Part shown: in pieces, positions 20,937-32,316 of the stretch
How positions within the stretch are numbered: the first letter of the stretch is position 1
Layout: each line of letters opens with the position of its first letter
Virus record (IMG/VR): IMGVR_UViG_3300021387_000147
DNA length: 64,000 nt
Direction: 5' to 3' (one strand)
DNA from: a virus
Taxonomy: Duplodnaviria; Caudoviricetes
Translations under genes and position numbers: made by a program
The notes under the pieces: generated by a model
Told to the model about the DNA's origin: nothing
Seen by the model: the letters and a program-made list of their open reading frames with translations, nothing else
Database searches by the model: none

Positions 20937-21845
20937 TTAAACATCAATTATAGCATCTTCAATTGTATATATTTTACCATTATAACCAAGTCTACCTTTA
21001 GTATCATCATAATTCCATTCAAATCCCTGTAAAGAGTTTTCTCCTGGATAACCATGAGGTCTTGCCATAATAGTTATTTTGTTTCCTTTGTCATTGATAT
21101 ATTCAGCAGTAGCAAACTGGTGAATATGACCACATATCCAAATAGAACCATCTGCCATTTCATCTAAGAATTTCTTTCCAGTGAAATAGAACATTGGATT
21201 TAGATAGTTATTTCTATATTCCCAACCAACACCTAATTCAACAGGACAAAAATGAGTCACCATGACTTTTGGCTGTTTCTTAACCAATTCCATCATAAGT
21301 TTTTCATAATGGTCCCAAATGACTAAAGGCATTTGATCAAAATACTTCCAATAACAACCATCAAACCATTGTCTTCTCCAAATTAGAGGCATTGTTCCAG
21401 CAAATGATGGCATGACTTCTGCTTTGAAGTCACTCATACCCATACATCCAGCAAATGGACCATAAGTATCACCTTCTAATAAATGGACATTTGGAATTTT
21501 ATTACAGAAATCAATTAAATGATTTATTTTCATTTCTGAATTAACAAAGTTTCTATTTGATTCTGAACAAGTTGCACCTTTGACAACCAAATCATGATTA
21601 CCAAGTGTTATAACAACTTCTTTATATTTGTCTTTAATGAAATTAACAAATTGTTTCCAAGATCGTGCATCATTAGATATATCACCAGCTATAACGATAC
21701 CTTCAGTCTGTGGAAGTTGTTTCATATTCCACCACTTTGTAAAAGTATCATTTGCTTGTTCATCTGACCAATCATTTTGTTGCTTCTTATTATAAAGCCT
21801 AAAATTAAAGTCAGCATGCATATCTGATAATACTAGATATTTCAT
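20937..21845 (-). CDS. Calcineurin-like metallophosphoesterase
   Basis: SDMH, AGDI, GNHD, VTH..P, WICGHIH. Confidence 0.88.
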   Translation of the reverse strand: MKYLVLSDMHADFNFRLYNKKQQNDWSDEQANDTFTKWWNMKQLPQTEGIVIAGDISNDARSWKQFVNFIKDKYKEVVITLGNHDLVVKGATCSESNRNFVNSEMKINHLIDFCNKIPNVHLLEGDTYGPFAGCMGMSDFKAEVMPSFAGTMPLIWRRQWFDGCYWKYFDQMPLVIWDHYEKLMMELVKKQPKVMVTHFCPVELGVGWEYRNNYLNPMFYFTGKKFLDEMADGSIWICGHIHQFATAEYINDKGNKITIMARPHGYPGENSLQGFEWNYDDTKGRLGYNGKIYTIEDAIIDV

Positions 21846-22030
21846 TTATTTTCCTTAACGTATTTTTCAACAATTTCTTTAAACTTTCCTGATTTAACAG
21901 CCTCAGAAATTAGATTTTGTAAGTAAGTTGGTATATCAACACCAGCTTCATCTGCTAATTTCTTATAAACTTCATACTCTTCTTGAGTCAATTCAATTTC
22001 AACTTCTTCCCAATCATTTTCCTGGCTCAT
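21842..22030 (-). CDS. Ribbon-helix-helix-like small protein
   Basis: VEIELTQEEYEVYKKLADEAGVDIPTYLQNLI pattern. Confidence 0.5.
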   Translation of the reverse strand: MSQENDWEEVEIELTQEEYEVYKKLADEAGVDIPTYLQNLISEAVKSGKFKEIVEKYVKENK

Positions 22031-22336
22031 CTTCTTTCTCCACCATTCTATATAAAGTATCTACTTGACGTTTTCTTTGATCTGTCACTTTAATCATTTG
22101 ACTAAGATAATCTAACACATACCAGAAAACAAAGACTCCAAAAATATACACTACATACATTGGAGCTGTTGCTGATAAAAATGATTCAATTAATAAGGCT
22201 AAACAAACTAAAAGAAGCAATATCATAAAATAACAAATAAAGTCAATAGCTTTATAACACCACTGATATACACCAATGAGTTCAAGCTTTTCTTTCTTGC
22301 TTTTATCTTGTATTTCTTTTTGAAGTTCTTTATCCA

Positions 22337-22843
22337 TTATCTTGTATTTAACCAATAAATTTTATTAACTGTATCAGTCAACATTTCTTTCAAATCATAA
22401 AAGACTTTCTTATTAATCATATCACATCTAATTTTGATATAATCATTCTTTGGTGCATCAATTGGAAAACCAATTACAGAATTAGGTTCTTTAAACCATT
22501 CACCAAATTCAATATTTGTTGTAAATGCTGGATGAGTTTTATCTCTTGCAATCCAAAATACAACAAACTGTGCATCATGCATTGCTTTGTATTCCCATTC
22601 AGTCTGTTTTCTTAATGTATCTGGATCATTCTTTCTATAATTTTGATAATCTGGATTGGATGGAGAAATTACTACACCATCAAAACCAAGATCTTCAAGT
22701 ATTTTAAATGCTTCAAATCTCCAATCATTATTAAAATCAATTCTTGGACATGGACCTGCTAAAAAGATACTTCTTTTATTCTTAATATCATCTAAACTTG
22801 TAAATTTGCCATCAACAATAGGTTTTCTAATCTCCATTACCAA
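22337..22843 (-). CDS. Nucleoside 2-deoxyribosyltransferase-like protein
   Basis: SIFLAGP, WR, QTEWE, VVFW, TTNIEFGEW. Confidence 0.8.
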   Translation of the reverse strand: MVMEIRKPIVDGKFTSLDDIKNKRSIFLAGPCPRIDFNNDWRFEAFKILEDLGFDGVVISPSNPDYQNYRKNDPDTLRKQTEWEYKAMHDAQFVVFWIARDKTHPAFTTNIEFGEWFKEPNSVIGFPIDAPKNDYIKIRCDMINKKVFYDLKEMLTDTVNKIYWLNTR

Positions 22844-23556
22844 CTCTCCGTATAAACTAATAATTCGTCATCAGTCATATCATTATAAACATTTTTGAAT
22901 GCTTCTAAATAATGCTTAATTGTATCTAATGAATAATTCCAATCTGGACGTGAATTAAAAATACAGTCATGCAAAATTGGAAATTCTTTATCCATCACTT
23001 TTCTATTTACTTCAGGAGCAACAGGCTTAAAATCATCAAAATAACTTACGACAATTGAGCTATTGATAACATTTTTCAATTTATCTATAATGACTTTAAC
23101 ATCTGACTTTTTAAGAATAAAATCATCACCATCAAATGTTTTAAAAGTATCGCCATCTTTCACAGACATTTGATCCATATTCAAACTATATAAGTATTGA
23201 ATGAACCAATAATGTTTTCTCATATATAAATTTTCAATTTCATAATAATTACAATTCGATTTAGCGCATTCTCTACGTGTCGCTAATTCATTGTCATTAT
23301 TTATTTCTTCTTCTGTAGCAAAAGTTTTAATACTATATGAATATGGGTTATCTTCATCTGCATAATTTTTATCACTTTGATGCTTTGATTCCCAATCACA
23401 ATATTTGTCATACGCTTCATTTACTTCTTTTTCATACTTTGTCCATAAGAAGGTATTATAATTGTTATAATTATATGAAGCAGTCAAATACTTATTATAC
23501 AAATCTAAATTCTTTGCTCTATGTGCATATACATCCAAACCCATTTTATCCCTCAA
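22837..23556 (-). CDS. Conserved phage hypothetical protein (MGLD family)
   Basis: MGLDVY start, Y.RK...., ends Y..SW. Confidence 0.6.
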   Translation of the reverse strand: MRDKMGLDVYAHRAKNLDLYNKYLTASYNYNNYNTFLWTKYEKEVNEAYDKYCDWESKHQSDKNYADEDNPYSYSIKTFATEEEINNDNELATRRECAKSNCNYYEIENLYMRKHYWFIQYLYSLNMDQMSVKDGDTFKTFDGDDFILKKSDVKVIIDKLKNVINSSIVVSYFDDFKPVAPEVNRKVMDKEFPILHDCIFNSRPDWNYSLDTIKHYLEAFKNVYNDMTDDELLVYTESW

Positions 23557-23811
23557 TATGATTTGTCATTAATTTATGTTCTTTTGCTAAAATAGTATAT
23601 GCTGCGGCTTTTACTGCCATATCATACTTATACTTTTCATCTATATTGACTAATTTGGCATTATAATCTGAGCGTAATTCTTTTGAATTTGTCTCAATTA
23701 AACCAAAGAAATATGAACGTGTCTTTTGTACAATATAGAAATTAACAACTTGAGCATCTATCACTCGAGTTTCCTTCTTTAGTATCTTCATTTCTGCACT
23801 GTAAAAAGGTT

Positions 23812-24438
23812 TCATTTTTCAATTTCCACTTTGTCAACTTCTAACCAACCGTCATCAGTTTCTTTGTAAGTGACTCTTTTATGTTCCTTACCAAACTGAG
23901 TATAACCAAATCTTGAATTGACTACTTTTTGTTTTTCCAATTCAACATCTAATTCTTCTTTTGTCCATTCAGGATGGTCAATTTCCATATACTTTCTAGC
24001 ACAATCCTGACAAAGATTTCTTATCCAACCAGAACTACTTGTCCATATTACTCGTTTACCATTTTCTCTTGGCTCTGCTCCACAATCTTCACAAATCCAT
24101 TCTGATAAACTTTCTGCAATAGATTCCAAACGGTCATCTGTTGTTGGACAATAAATTCTTAACTGTCCAAACTTTTCTTTTATATCCTCAAATCTAAAAG
24201 CCTTCTTGTCAGCTTTTGACATTTTGTCATATTCTTTAAAAAGTCTTGGAAGATAACGATTTTTCCATAAATCCTCCCAACCATTACCATCCCAATAATT
24301 GTAATAGTTAACTTCTAGATTTTTGGATTTTCCATGAAACATTTGTTGGCCCTTATAATTATGATACCTCAAAAACGGGTACTTTTTCATAAGTGCCAAT
24401 AAATCTTCATCTTTTATAGGATATTTTGCTTTCTTCAT
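23812..24438 (-). CDS. Conserved phage protein with KEKFG.LR.Y motif and Zn-finger
   Basis: IKEKFGQLRIY, CEDCG, GWIRNLCQDC. Confidence 0.7.
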   Translation of the reverse strand: MKKAKYPIKDEDLLALMKKYPFLRYHNYKGQQMFHGKSKNLEVNYYNYWDGNGWEDLWKNRYLPRLFKEYDKMSKADKKAFRFEDIKEKFGQLRIYCPTTDDRLESIAESLSEWICEDCGAEPRENGKRVIWTSSSGWIRNLCQDCARKYMEIDHPEWTKEELDVELEKQKVVNSRFGYTQFGKEHKRVTYKETDDGWLEVDKVEIEK

Positions 24439-24444
24439 AGTCTA

Positions 24445-24473
24445 AATATAATAAATCATGACTATTTTGTCAA
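24445..24473 (-). promoter_or_regulatory. TTGACA-N17-TATATT promoter, probably leaderless transcript
   Basis: -10 lies 6 nt before ATG 24438. Confidence 0.75.
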
Positions 24474-24502
24474 TCCTATAGAAAAATTAAGAACCAAGAT
24501 TT

Positions 24503-24940
24503 TTAATCTTCTCCAATCCACTTAATTTGATTTCTTTTGTATTCTCTACGAAGATGCCTCAAAATTTCCATCTGTTCATCAACAAAATTCTTGAGCTTTA
24601 CCTGCTTTGTAGTCTTAAACCAATAATTTTGCTCAGACCAATCATTATACGTATCCCATTCGCAAAGCTCACCTTCATGAAGGTCAGGTCCTTTAATAGT
24701 ATTGATACGCTTCAATGGATAAACAGTTGCTTGACCAAGAACATGAGAAGTAATTTGATATATCAAAGTCTTTGGATCACGTTCATAAATTGGCGTATCA
24801 GAAGTAAAATCTGCTAATTTTGCTTTACCATATACAGTTTGAATGTATACGTTTGCATCAGTCTGTTTATCTAGACTTAAAAACTCATTTATTTCAAGTC
24901 CATGCACTTCAAAAATTGATTTAAATTCTTCTAAAGTCAT
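24503..24940 (-). CDS. Hypothetical protein with the C-terminal tail motif
   Basis: Ends KRNQIKWIGED. Confidence 0.65.
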   Translation of the reverse strand: MTLEEFKSIFEVHGLEINEFLSLDKQTDANVYIQTVYGKAKLADFTSDTPIYERDPKTLIYQITSHVLGQATVYPLKRINTIKGPDLHEGELCEWDTYNDWSEQNYWFKTTKQVKLKNFVDEQMEILRHLRREYKRNQIKWIGED

Positions 24941-25607
24941 TTTTTTACTTATAATAGTCTTTACTCACAAAGTAAAGCCAATCGGTTAATTTGTTAATAT
25001 CATTTGTAATCGTTATATCACGCCACTTATCATAAATTGCTAATCTACCATCTTGAAGCAATGCCGCTTTGATATTGAAAATATCATCTCCACCGCGATA
25101 ACAACAAATTCCACATGTGCCTTTATCCTTAAAGACACAATCAGGAATGAAATTTCTGCAAATTGTTTTAAAATCTTTTTCTGTCATAATTAGTGAAAGT
25201 TAATTGTTCCAGTTCCAAATCCATATCCAAAGCGATGTGTGCGTAGACTATAACCAAATCCATAACCAAATCCACCATGAGCACGGTCTTTTATTGGTCG
25301 AGAATAGTGAACCTTCTCATCACAGTTAGTTTCACATTTACTATTTTCACTTTTTATGCCAAAAATGATTACTGTCGACATGACAATAATAATCAAGAAA
25401 ATAAATGCGCTAATGCTTGCGTCTGAATTGATAAAATCATTCCACCACTTCTTCATAGTTTAATTCCTTTGCTGATTTTGTGCATTAATCACCTTTGCGG
25501 CATTTACGATTTCTTTGTAATTTTCACTTGCAACATAGCTAAAATAACCACCTACTATAGTCACAACAATCACAAACAAAATATCTTTCCAAGTCCAATC
25601 TTCCATC

Positions 25608-25817
25608 TTACGCCTCCACAAAGGCAACGTCGCCATCAAGGATTTCGATTTCCTTCGCGCAATCCTCAACAGCAACGTCATTATTGTAATTCTTGACAAT
25701 CACGTCCTGATACTTGTAGGCCGTGTCTTCCGCATCATCGCAGTCCACGAAGATGTCGTTATAAAGACGGTTAATTACTTCATTCAGATACTTTTCCCAA
25801 ATCATTTTCGTATTCAT
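25608..25817 (-). CDS. Small acidic protein homologous to the body of 44685-44969
   Basis: YLNEV..RLY ... VEDCAKEI. Confidence 0.7.
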   Translation of the reverse strand: MNTKMIWEKYLNEVINRLYNDIFVDCDDAEDTAYKYQDVIVKNYNNDVAVEDCAKEIEILDGDVAFVEA

Positions 25818-25827
25818 TTTATTTCCT

Positions 25828-26512
25828 CTATGCTTTCAAAAGTGCAACAATAGTGTCATGTTCCATATCAGTTAAATTAGTGCGATGTTGACGATAAAAT
25901 CCATAAAGAACTCGCATCATAACAGAACCTTTAGTAGAACCTTCAATCCACTTCTTAAATTCTGGCATGTTTTCCCAAGAACCTTCATAGGCTTCAGGAA
26001 CATACATTTCTCCAATGATGCACACATTATGGCCTTCTGCATCTTTCTTAAAAGAGACCGTATGATTCGGTTCAATTCTGACCTTCATATCAAGTTCATT
26101 TGTTTTCACATCGAATGCTATATGCGCTTCCAGAGAATAACCGTTAGCAAAAAGCATTTTAGTTCTACGCATTTTCGTATTCATTTTATGCCTCCAAAAG
26201 AGCAACAATAGTGTCATGTTCAATATCAGTCAAAGCCTGACGATGCTGACGATAGAATTCATAAAGAACTCGTATCATAGCAGAACCTTTGACCCACTTC
26301 TGAAATTCAGGCATGTTTTCCCAAGTGCCTTCGTAATCTTCCGGCTTATACTTAGTTCTGATAACGACATGTTTACCATCTTTATAGTCGAATTCAGCAT
26401 GCATGCCAACATTCATTCTTACTCGCATATCAAGTTCATTCGTTTCTTCATTAAAGCTGAACTGAGCTTCAAGAGAATAACCATTAGCGGAAAGTGTCTT
26501 AGAACGATGCAT
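25828..26512 (-). repeat. Tandemly duplicated gene pair (25828-26184, 26186-26512)
   Basis: Shared ANGYSLEA, TNELDM.VR, YEG.WENMPEF.KW, RVLY.FYRQHR, EHDTIVALL at protein and DNA level. Confidence 0.9.
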
Positions 26513-26542
26513 TTCATTAACCTCTTTAATTTTTACATGTAT

Positions 26543-26599
26543 AATATAAGTATTTTTGGATTCGTTGGAAACCCCTATTTTTGTAAAAAGTTGTTTACA
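26543..26599 (-). promoter_or_regulatory. Conserved promoter + operator (copy 5)
   Basis: TTTCCA 26566-26571, TATATT 26543-26548, box 26582-26599; further perfect box at 26756-26773. Confidence 0.85.
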
Positions 26600-26763
26600 T
26601 TGGACAATTTTAGGCCCTCTAAGGCCCCAGGAGGCCATCCAATTTTGCTCCCAGGCGCATTCTGGGGCATTTTTTAAGGTTTCCCATGTAAATATGCGGC
26701 CATATAAAAAAGACGCCCAAAAGAGCGTCTGGAATATATGTCAATTTTTGACAATTGTAAACT

Positions 26764-27231
26764 TTAGTTTACAAAAGTGATGATGTCACCACATGTTTTT
26801 ACGTATATTTTTTCCAAATCCAAAATAGTTGATTTTGTGTCATCTAACTTTTCTATTGGAGCAATTACGCAAAATGCACCGATGCCATAAACAATAGTCA
26901 CTTCTGAAAAATGGTCTTTATATTTTAATTGAATATGGTAATTTTCCCATTCATCTTTTGGGTCTGTATAAATGAATTCTCTAAATTCTTTTTTCCATAA
27001 GTTCTGATAGAAGAATTCCATACATTCCCAAATTAGGTCTTTATCTTTACCTTTATAATTGTATTGTAATGATTCTTCTTCAAAGGATTTTCCATGCTTA
27101 ACAATATCAATCAATTTTGCAAACATTTGGTCACGTTTAACTTTTTGTTTAACTAATTGAGCTAAACCTTCTGGCCAAGATTTTCCTTTCAAATCAGTTA
27201 ATTCATTCTTTACAATTACTTTTCTATTCAT
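26764..27231 (-). CDS. Hypothetical protein preceded by TATAAATA (27236-27243)
   Basis: ORF plus T4-type late promoter consensus just upstream. Confidence 0.65.
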   Translation of the reverse strand: MNRKVIVKNELTDLKGKSWPEGLAQLVKQKVKRDQMFAKLIDIVKHGKSFEEESLQYNYKGKDKDLIWECMEFFYQNLWKKEFREFIYTDPKDEWENYHIQLKYKDHFSEVTIVYGIGAFCVIAPIEKLDDTKSTILDLEKIYVKTCGDIITFVN

Positions 27232-27321
27232 ATTATATTTATAGAGCCATCCACACTAGAACACCAACAATGCATGTGATTATCATAATAGTGGCTATTG
27301 TTTCATCAACTTTTTTATTCA

Positions 27322-30300
27322 TTACTTCTTCTTTGTTTTCTTAATTATGAAGTTATCATATTCACATGTCTTAAATGACTTTGTATCAATATCATCGATA
27401 AACTTCTTACTATCCTTAAATAAGTCTGTATGTTCTGCAATCCACTTGACCTTATATTCATAAAGTTCAATAGAATTCAATGAAATACGAGGATGATAAT
27501 CATCTAATGCTTCATTATAAGCACTTGATGCAAGATACTTTTCAAATTCTGTCTTTGCATATTCTCTATATGCATCCTTGATTTCCTTAGAAGCATCACT
27601 TGCTGTAAGATAAGGTTCAATATCAATTGGTGCTAATTCAACAACATCAATCATATCTAATAGAGCATTATAATGTGCATCCTTAAAATCAACGAACTGA
27701 ACTTCCTGAGAGAAATTACGATGCATACGCTTACCAAGCTTGTTAGTAATCAATTCACCATATTCTTTTTCTTTAATATGTGCATATTCATTGACTGCAA
27801 CTTGACGACAATCTGTTAGCTTATCAGCAAGCAAACTTCCAATATAAATATCGTCAATATCAAAGTAGCCAAACCACTTTTTCTTTACAGTTCCTTTTTT
27901 AACTCTCTCTGTTCCAGAATTTCTAGTAATTGTTTCGCCATTTGGAAATTTTACTGTATAATCAAATTGAATATATGGATTTTTAAAACCCTTTGTATAT
28001 ACAATATACACATTATCAATTGTTGCTACAGCGAATTCCTTTGAATTGCTATAAACATTATTCTGACCAACAAAATAATGTGATACAGGTAATTCAATGT
28101 TTCCTACAATCTTTAATTTTGTATCTAAACTACATCCAAAATCTGGAGCTACTTTTTCTGTTAAGATTTCCTTCATTTTATTCCTCATTATTATCCCATT
28201 CATCTGCTATAATGAATGCTGATTCTCTTGCATCGTTAATTATTTTTAATGCTTCTTCTTTTGTAATTGTCTTTACTTCTTCATCATCTTGAATATCGTA
28301 TGATGGAGATATATAAGCCTCTAATTGAACTTGTCCATATCCTTCTGAATTTAAACCTGCATTTAACCAATCATGTTCATTATTATACTTAATATGAATT
28401 ACATTAGCCTTGCATCTTACAAAGTTTCTTCCTTTAAAATCTACAGAAGTAATATGTGCAATTTTAATATCAGATTTATCTTCTCTTGAACCAGCTTTCA
28501 AATACTTTCTTCCATAAGTAATTACGTATTTTCCAGCCCAATCTTGCATGAACTTTTCACGTTCTTTTGCACGTTTTGCTTCTCTAACTTCCTCAAGCTT
28601 CTTATCAGCATCATCTCTTAATGCTTTCAATTCAGCTTCAGTGTTAAAATTCTTTAAAATTTCTTGATTATCCAAAACATCCTCCTGGATTGTCACCTTC
28701 CCATGTATCTTTACCATGTATTTTTTCCATGTCAGCCTTTAATTCTTTACTAAAATCATCTCTGACTAATATAGGATTTTCATCTTTCTTAATCTTGATT
28801 TCAATAAATCTTTCATTACTGTTATTCTTGATTTCATAAGCATTATGCCATGCATTCACATAATCAGTAATTGGAGAACCACACAAAGAAGACTTTACTG
28901 CTTTATCTTTCCATGGCATGTGATAACAAACACCATTAACATAAACATGACACAAGTCATTAGAATTTAATAGACGTTCAATACACTTTTCACCATCAGT
29001 AAAAATAGAGTCAGTTTGTCCCCATGTTGGAACCAATCTTGTTGTATGATGGAAATGCACTTTTTCAGCACAATTGACTTTTAAGAAAAATTCCTTTAAT
29101 ACATATTGCTTCATTAAGTTCTTATGGTGTTTATCCCAAATGAACTGTTCTGATTCAACTTCAAATTGTAAATTTTCAATTGCCCACATATCAATATTGA
29201 TACATTCACAATTGTTAAAAACCAATTCTATTTCTTGATTAGTTAGTGCTACGTCATTCATTATACAATCCTCGATGTACTATCAATACCAAATTTATAA
29301 AACTTTTCTCTTGTTGCATCATCATTTGGATAAACATAAAAACCATTTTCGTCTTTATGAACGGTTGATTTAAATGATTCAAACCATTTCGATCTATTTA
29401 ATAGATTTGTTGGATAAATTTTTTCTTCATCATAATTAATAAACCATCCCTTAAACCAAGCCTTTCCAAATACCCAACAGTGATAAATGATCATTCCTTC
29501 TTTTAGAGAGTCAGGATGATCAGTTAAAATATCTTCAACTCCATCATTATCATATTCATAGTTAGGTTGAACTTCTATAAGATGACCATTTTCATACTTA
29601 TACATTTTATCATTATCTGGAACAGAATCATCTATTGGATGACCATCGTCATCAGTTGGACCATCTGTAGTATCATCATAACTCATGCAATAATCTGAAA
29701 TTGGATCTTTTTCACATTGGCCTGCATATCTTTTAATAATCTTCATTTCTTCTTCAGAAATTGGTTTTGCAGAATTCAACATGTATACAATATCTTCTTT
29801 TGTGAAAATCTGTTCTTCATTAGAACCAATATATGTTGAATATTCATAATCTTTAGGAATCTTTCTTAAAGCTTCCTTTGTTGCGGCTAATTCTTCTTCG
29901 CTCATGAAAGTAAAACAATCAATGTCCATTTCATCAGCCCAATTATATGATGTGTCTAAAATGTAATATTGCATATTAAATGTCCTTAATGTCTAGAGAG
30001 AAACCACCTTCTTCTCCATCTGCTTCATCATCCCAATCACAATGATAACCAAAGTTATATTCGATTGATTTCTTATTCTTAATTGCATCTTTGATCCAAT
30101 CAATAAACATTTGTTTAATTTCTAGGCCAGTAAAACCAGTTGGTCTCTGCATGAATTCTTCAAATGTAGCTTCCTTCTTTCCAGTATAAGTATTATATGC
30201 TTCTTCATCATCCCATGGATAACCATAATCATCACGAGAATCATCAATATAATCTCTTACTTGACTATAACATTCTTTGAATGCTTTTTCTTCGTCTGTT

Positions 30301-30500
30301 CCTTGATATTCAAGACGATGTTCTACACCCATATCATGCTGATAAATTGCATTGACAGTAAAGACAGTTTTCTTCTGTCCTACTTTCATTTCAAGATAAT
30401 CAATGTAATCATAAATCTTATCTGGAACAAAGATATGATTGTTCTTCAGATATTCTTTATATTCTTTTAATTCTTCTGGTGTAGTAATCTTTTCTACCAT
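27322..30500 (-). other. Five hypothetical CDSs (27322-28203, 28178-28717, 28668-29261, 29261-29974, 29976-30500)
   Basis: Tiling ORFs, no recognised motifs; last two acidic. Confidence 0.7.
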
Positions 30501-30865
30501 TTGTTTTTCCTTTTATAATTCTTTCCTGGATTTAAACTATAAGGTTGTTTATTCTTTTTAACTGGAATTGGTGCAACCCATGTTTTTTGAGTAGGAAGTT
30601 CATCAAATTTTGGTACTGAGTCCCATGCTGCGGCTATAATATCATCATCTGCTTTATTATAAATTCTCTTTATTGTATTCTTTAAACCAACAGGACCTTT
30701 TGTAGGTTGAACTCCAACTATTTTATTTGCCATCAATTGTGGGAATACTCTTCTAATGAGTGGCATTCCATAACGAGCCCATTCATTAGGTTCCTCTGCA
30801 TCAATATTAACTAATTGATTGACAAATGTCAACCCTGGATTTTCTAATTCTTCCTCATTTTTCAT
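30494..30865 (-). CDS. Mini-protein carrying the T4 gp23 Gol-peptide-like capsid segment
   Basis: YGMPLIRRVFPQLMANKIVGVQPTKGPVG. Confidence 0.8.
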   Translation of the reverse strand: MKNEEELENPGLTFVNQLVNIDAEEPNEWARYGMPLIRRVFPQLMANKIVGVQPTKGPVGLKNTIKRIYNKADDDIIAAAWDSVPKFDELPTQKTWVAPIPVKKNKQPYSLNPGKNYKRKNKW

Positions 30866-31383
30866 ATATCCATCTTAATTAATTCTACAATTTGATCATA
30901 ACCAGCCTGAGATCCATCACAATCTACGTAAATGAATTTCTCATCATCCAACATTTTTCTAATTCTATTATCGATTTCAATTGCTTCTTCTTCAGTTTGA
31001 TTTCGACCATTAGGATTGTATGCTTTCTTTCGTCTTACAAATATATTTAAAGTTCTCTTATATTTGTGTGCAGTATATAACGCTGCATCTTGATATGGCT
31101 TCTCATCTGTATACATTGATCCAAGTGCAATTGGACTATCAGTAATAATTACATCCACTTTACCTAATAATCTTTCAATCTTTAAGCACTGTTTTCCAAT
31201 TACATATAGCTGACAATGTTGTAATGGGAATTGGTCATCTTGCCAAACTCTATCTTTAGCATATTCTGACACATATTCACAATCGATACCAGCCATTTTC
31301 AACTTTGCAAAAATATATGCAGCACCAGTAGACTTACCTGCTCCTGGTCCTGCAAACAAATTAACAATTAAAGTATTTTTCAT
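30862..31383 (-). CDS. P-loop kinase, NadR/Ttd14 (AAA_28)-like
   Basis: VNLFAGPGAGKST, EYAKD, ITDSP, GRNQTEEEA. Confidence 0.8.
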   Translation of the reverse strand: MKNTLIVNLFAGPGAGKSTGAAYIFAKLKMAGIDCEYVSEYAKDRVWQDDQFPLQHCQLYVIGKQCLKIERLLGKVDVIITDSPIALGSMYTDEKPYQDAALYTAHKYKRTLNIFVRRKKAYNPNGRNQTEEEAIEIDNRIRKMLDDEKFIYVDCDGSQAGYDQIVELIKMDI

Positions 31384-32129
31384 CTATATTCGTCCTTCCA
31401 CCAATCTAATGATAACGCTGCTTGTTCTTCTAACATTGCTAAACCATTTACGGACGCTACGCAATGTTTATTTCTTTTTGCTTTTTCTACTAATCTATCA
31501 TCAGCATAATTTAAATCAAAATAAATGAATTTTGACTTATTGTTAAAGTTAATATCTATATTTGCTTTAAATGGAATTGTATTTACTATCAATTCATAAT
31601 TCTTTGCATTAAATTCTTTTAATGGAAGTTGACCATCTTTAGGATTTCTTGCAAATATATCTACAACTTCTGCTTCATCTGCTAATTCTTTATAAATGAC
31701 TGGCATTACACCGCCATTTCCTAGAATTGCACATTTATTAGGATAACCAATATCCCAATCATCATTATCAATTAAATGAGAATAAGCTCTATAAAATGCA
31801 ATTCCATCAAATGACTTTCCCCATAAGGTTCCATCATCTAAAATTTTAACTGCATTTACAGAGTCTGATTCTACAATATCTAAATAATCAATAACTTCTT
31901 GTTTATAGGGAGTTGTCACATTAAACCCACTATAACCAAGTTTTCTGAAATAATCAATAGCTTTTTTTAAATCTGCTGTATCAAAGACTTCATAAGTTTC
32001 TCCATGATCATTAAACCATTTCTGAGATAAACTATAAGAAATATCTTTTCCAACTAAACCAAATTTAAAAATTTTATTGTTATTCTTCATCCTCATCTTG
32101 ATCTTCACCACATTCTGCTTCATACTCAC
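31380..32129 (-). CDS. aroE: Shikimate dehydrogenase
   Basis: G..ISYSLS, GFNVTTPYK, VN, ILGNGG, IVNTIP, DLNY, NGLAML.EQA. Confidence 0.85.
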   Translation of the reverse strand: MSMKQNVVKIKMRMKNNNKIFKFGLVGKDISYSLSQKWFNDHGETYEVFDTADLKKAIDYFRKLGYSGFNVTTPYKQEVIDYLDIVESDSVNAVKILDDGTLWGKSFDGIAFYRAYSHLIDNDDWDIGYPNKCAILGNGGVMPVIYKELADEAEVVDIFARNPKDGQLPLKEFNAKNYELIVNTIPFKANIDINFNNKSKFIYFDLNYADDRLVEKAKRNKHCVASVNGLAMLEEQAALSLDWWKDEYR

Positions 32130-32316
32130 TTTCTAGCTCATAGTATTCATCACTCGACATTCTGTCACAAATGAATTCATACTTGCCATAATTATCTTTC
32201 ATATAATTATATTCATGAAGCATATCGCAAATTTCAGACAGTTTTTCAACATCACAATCTTCTTTGTGAACTGTTTCCAATTCTTTACAGAATTTTATTG
32301 CTTCTTCTACTGTCAT

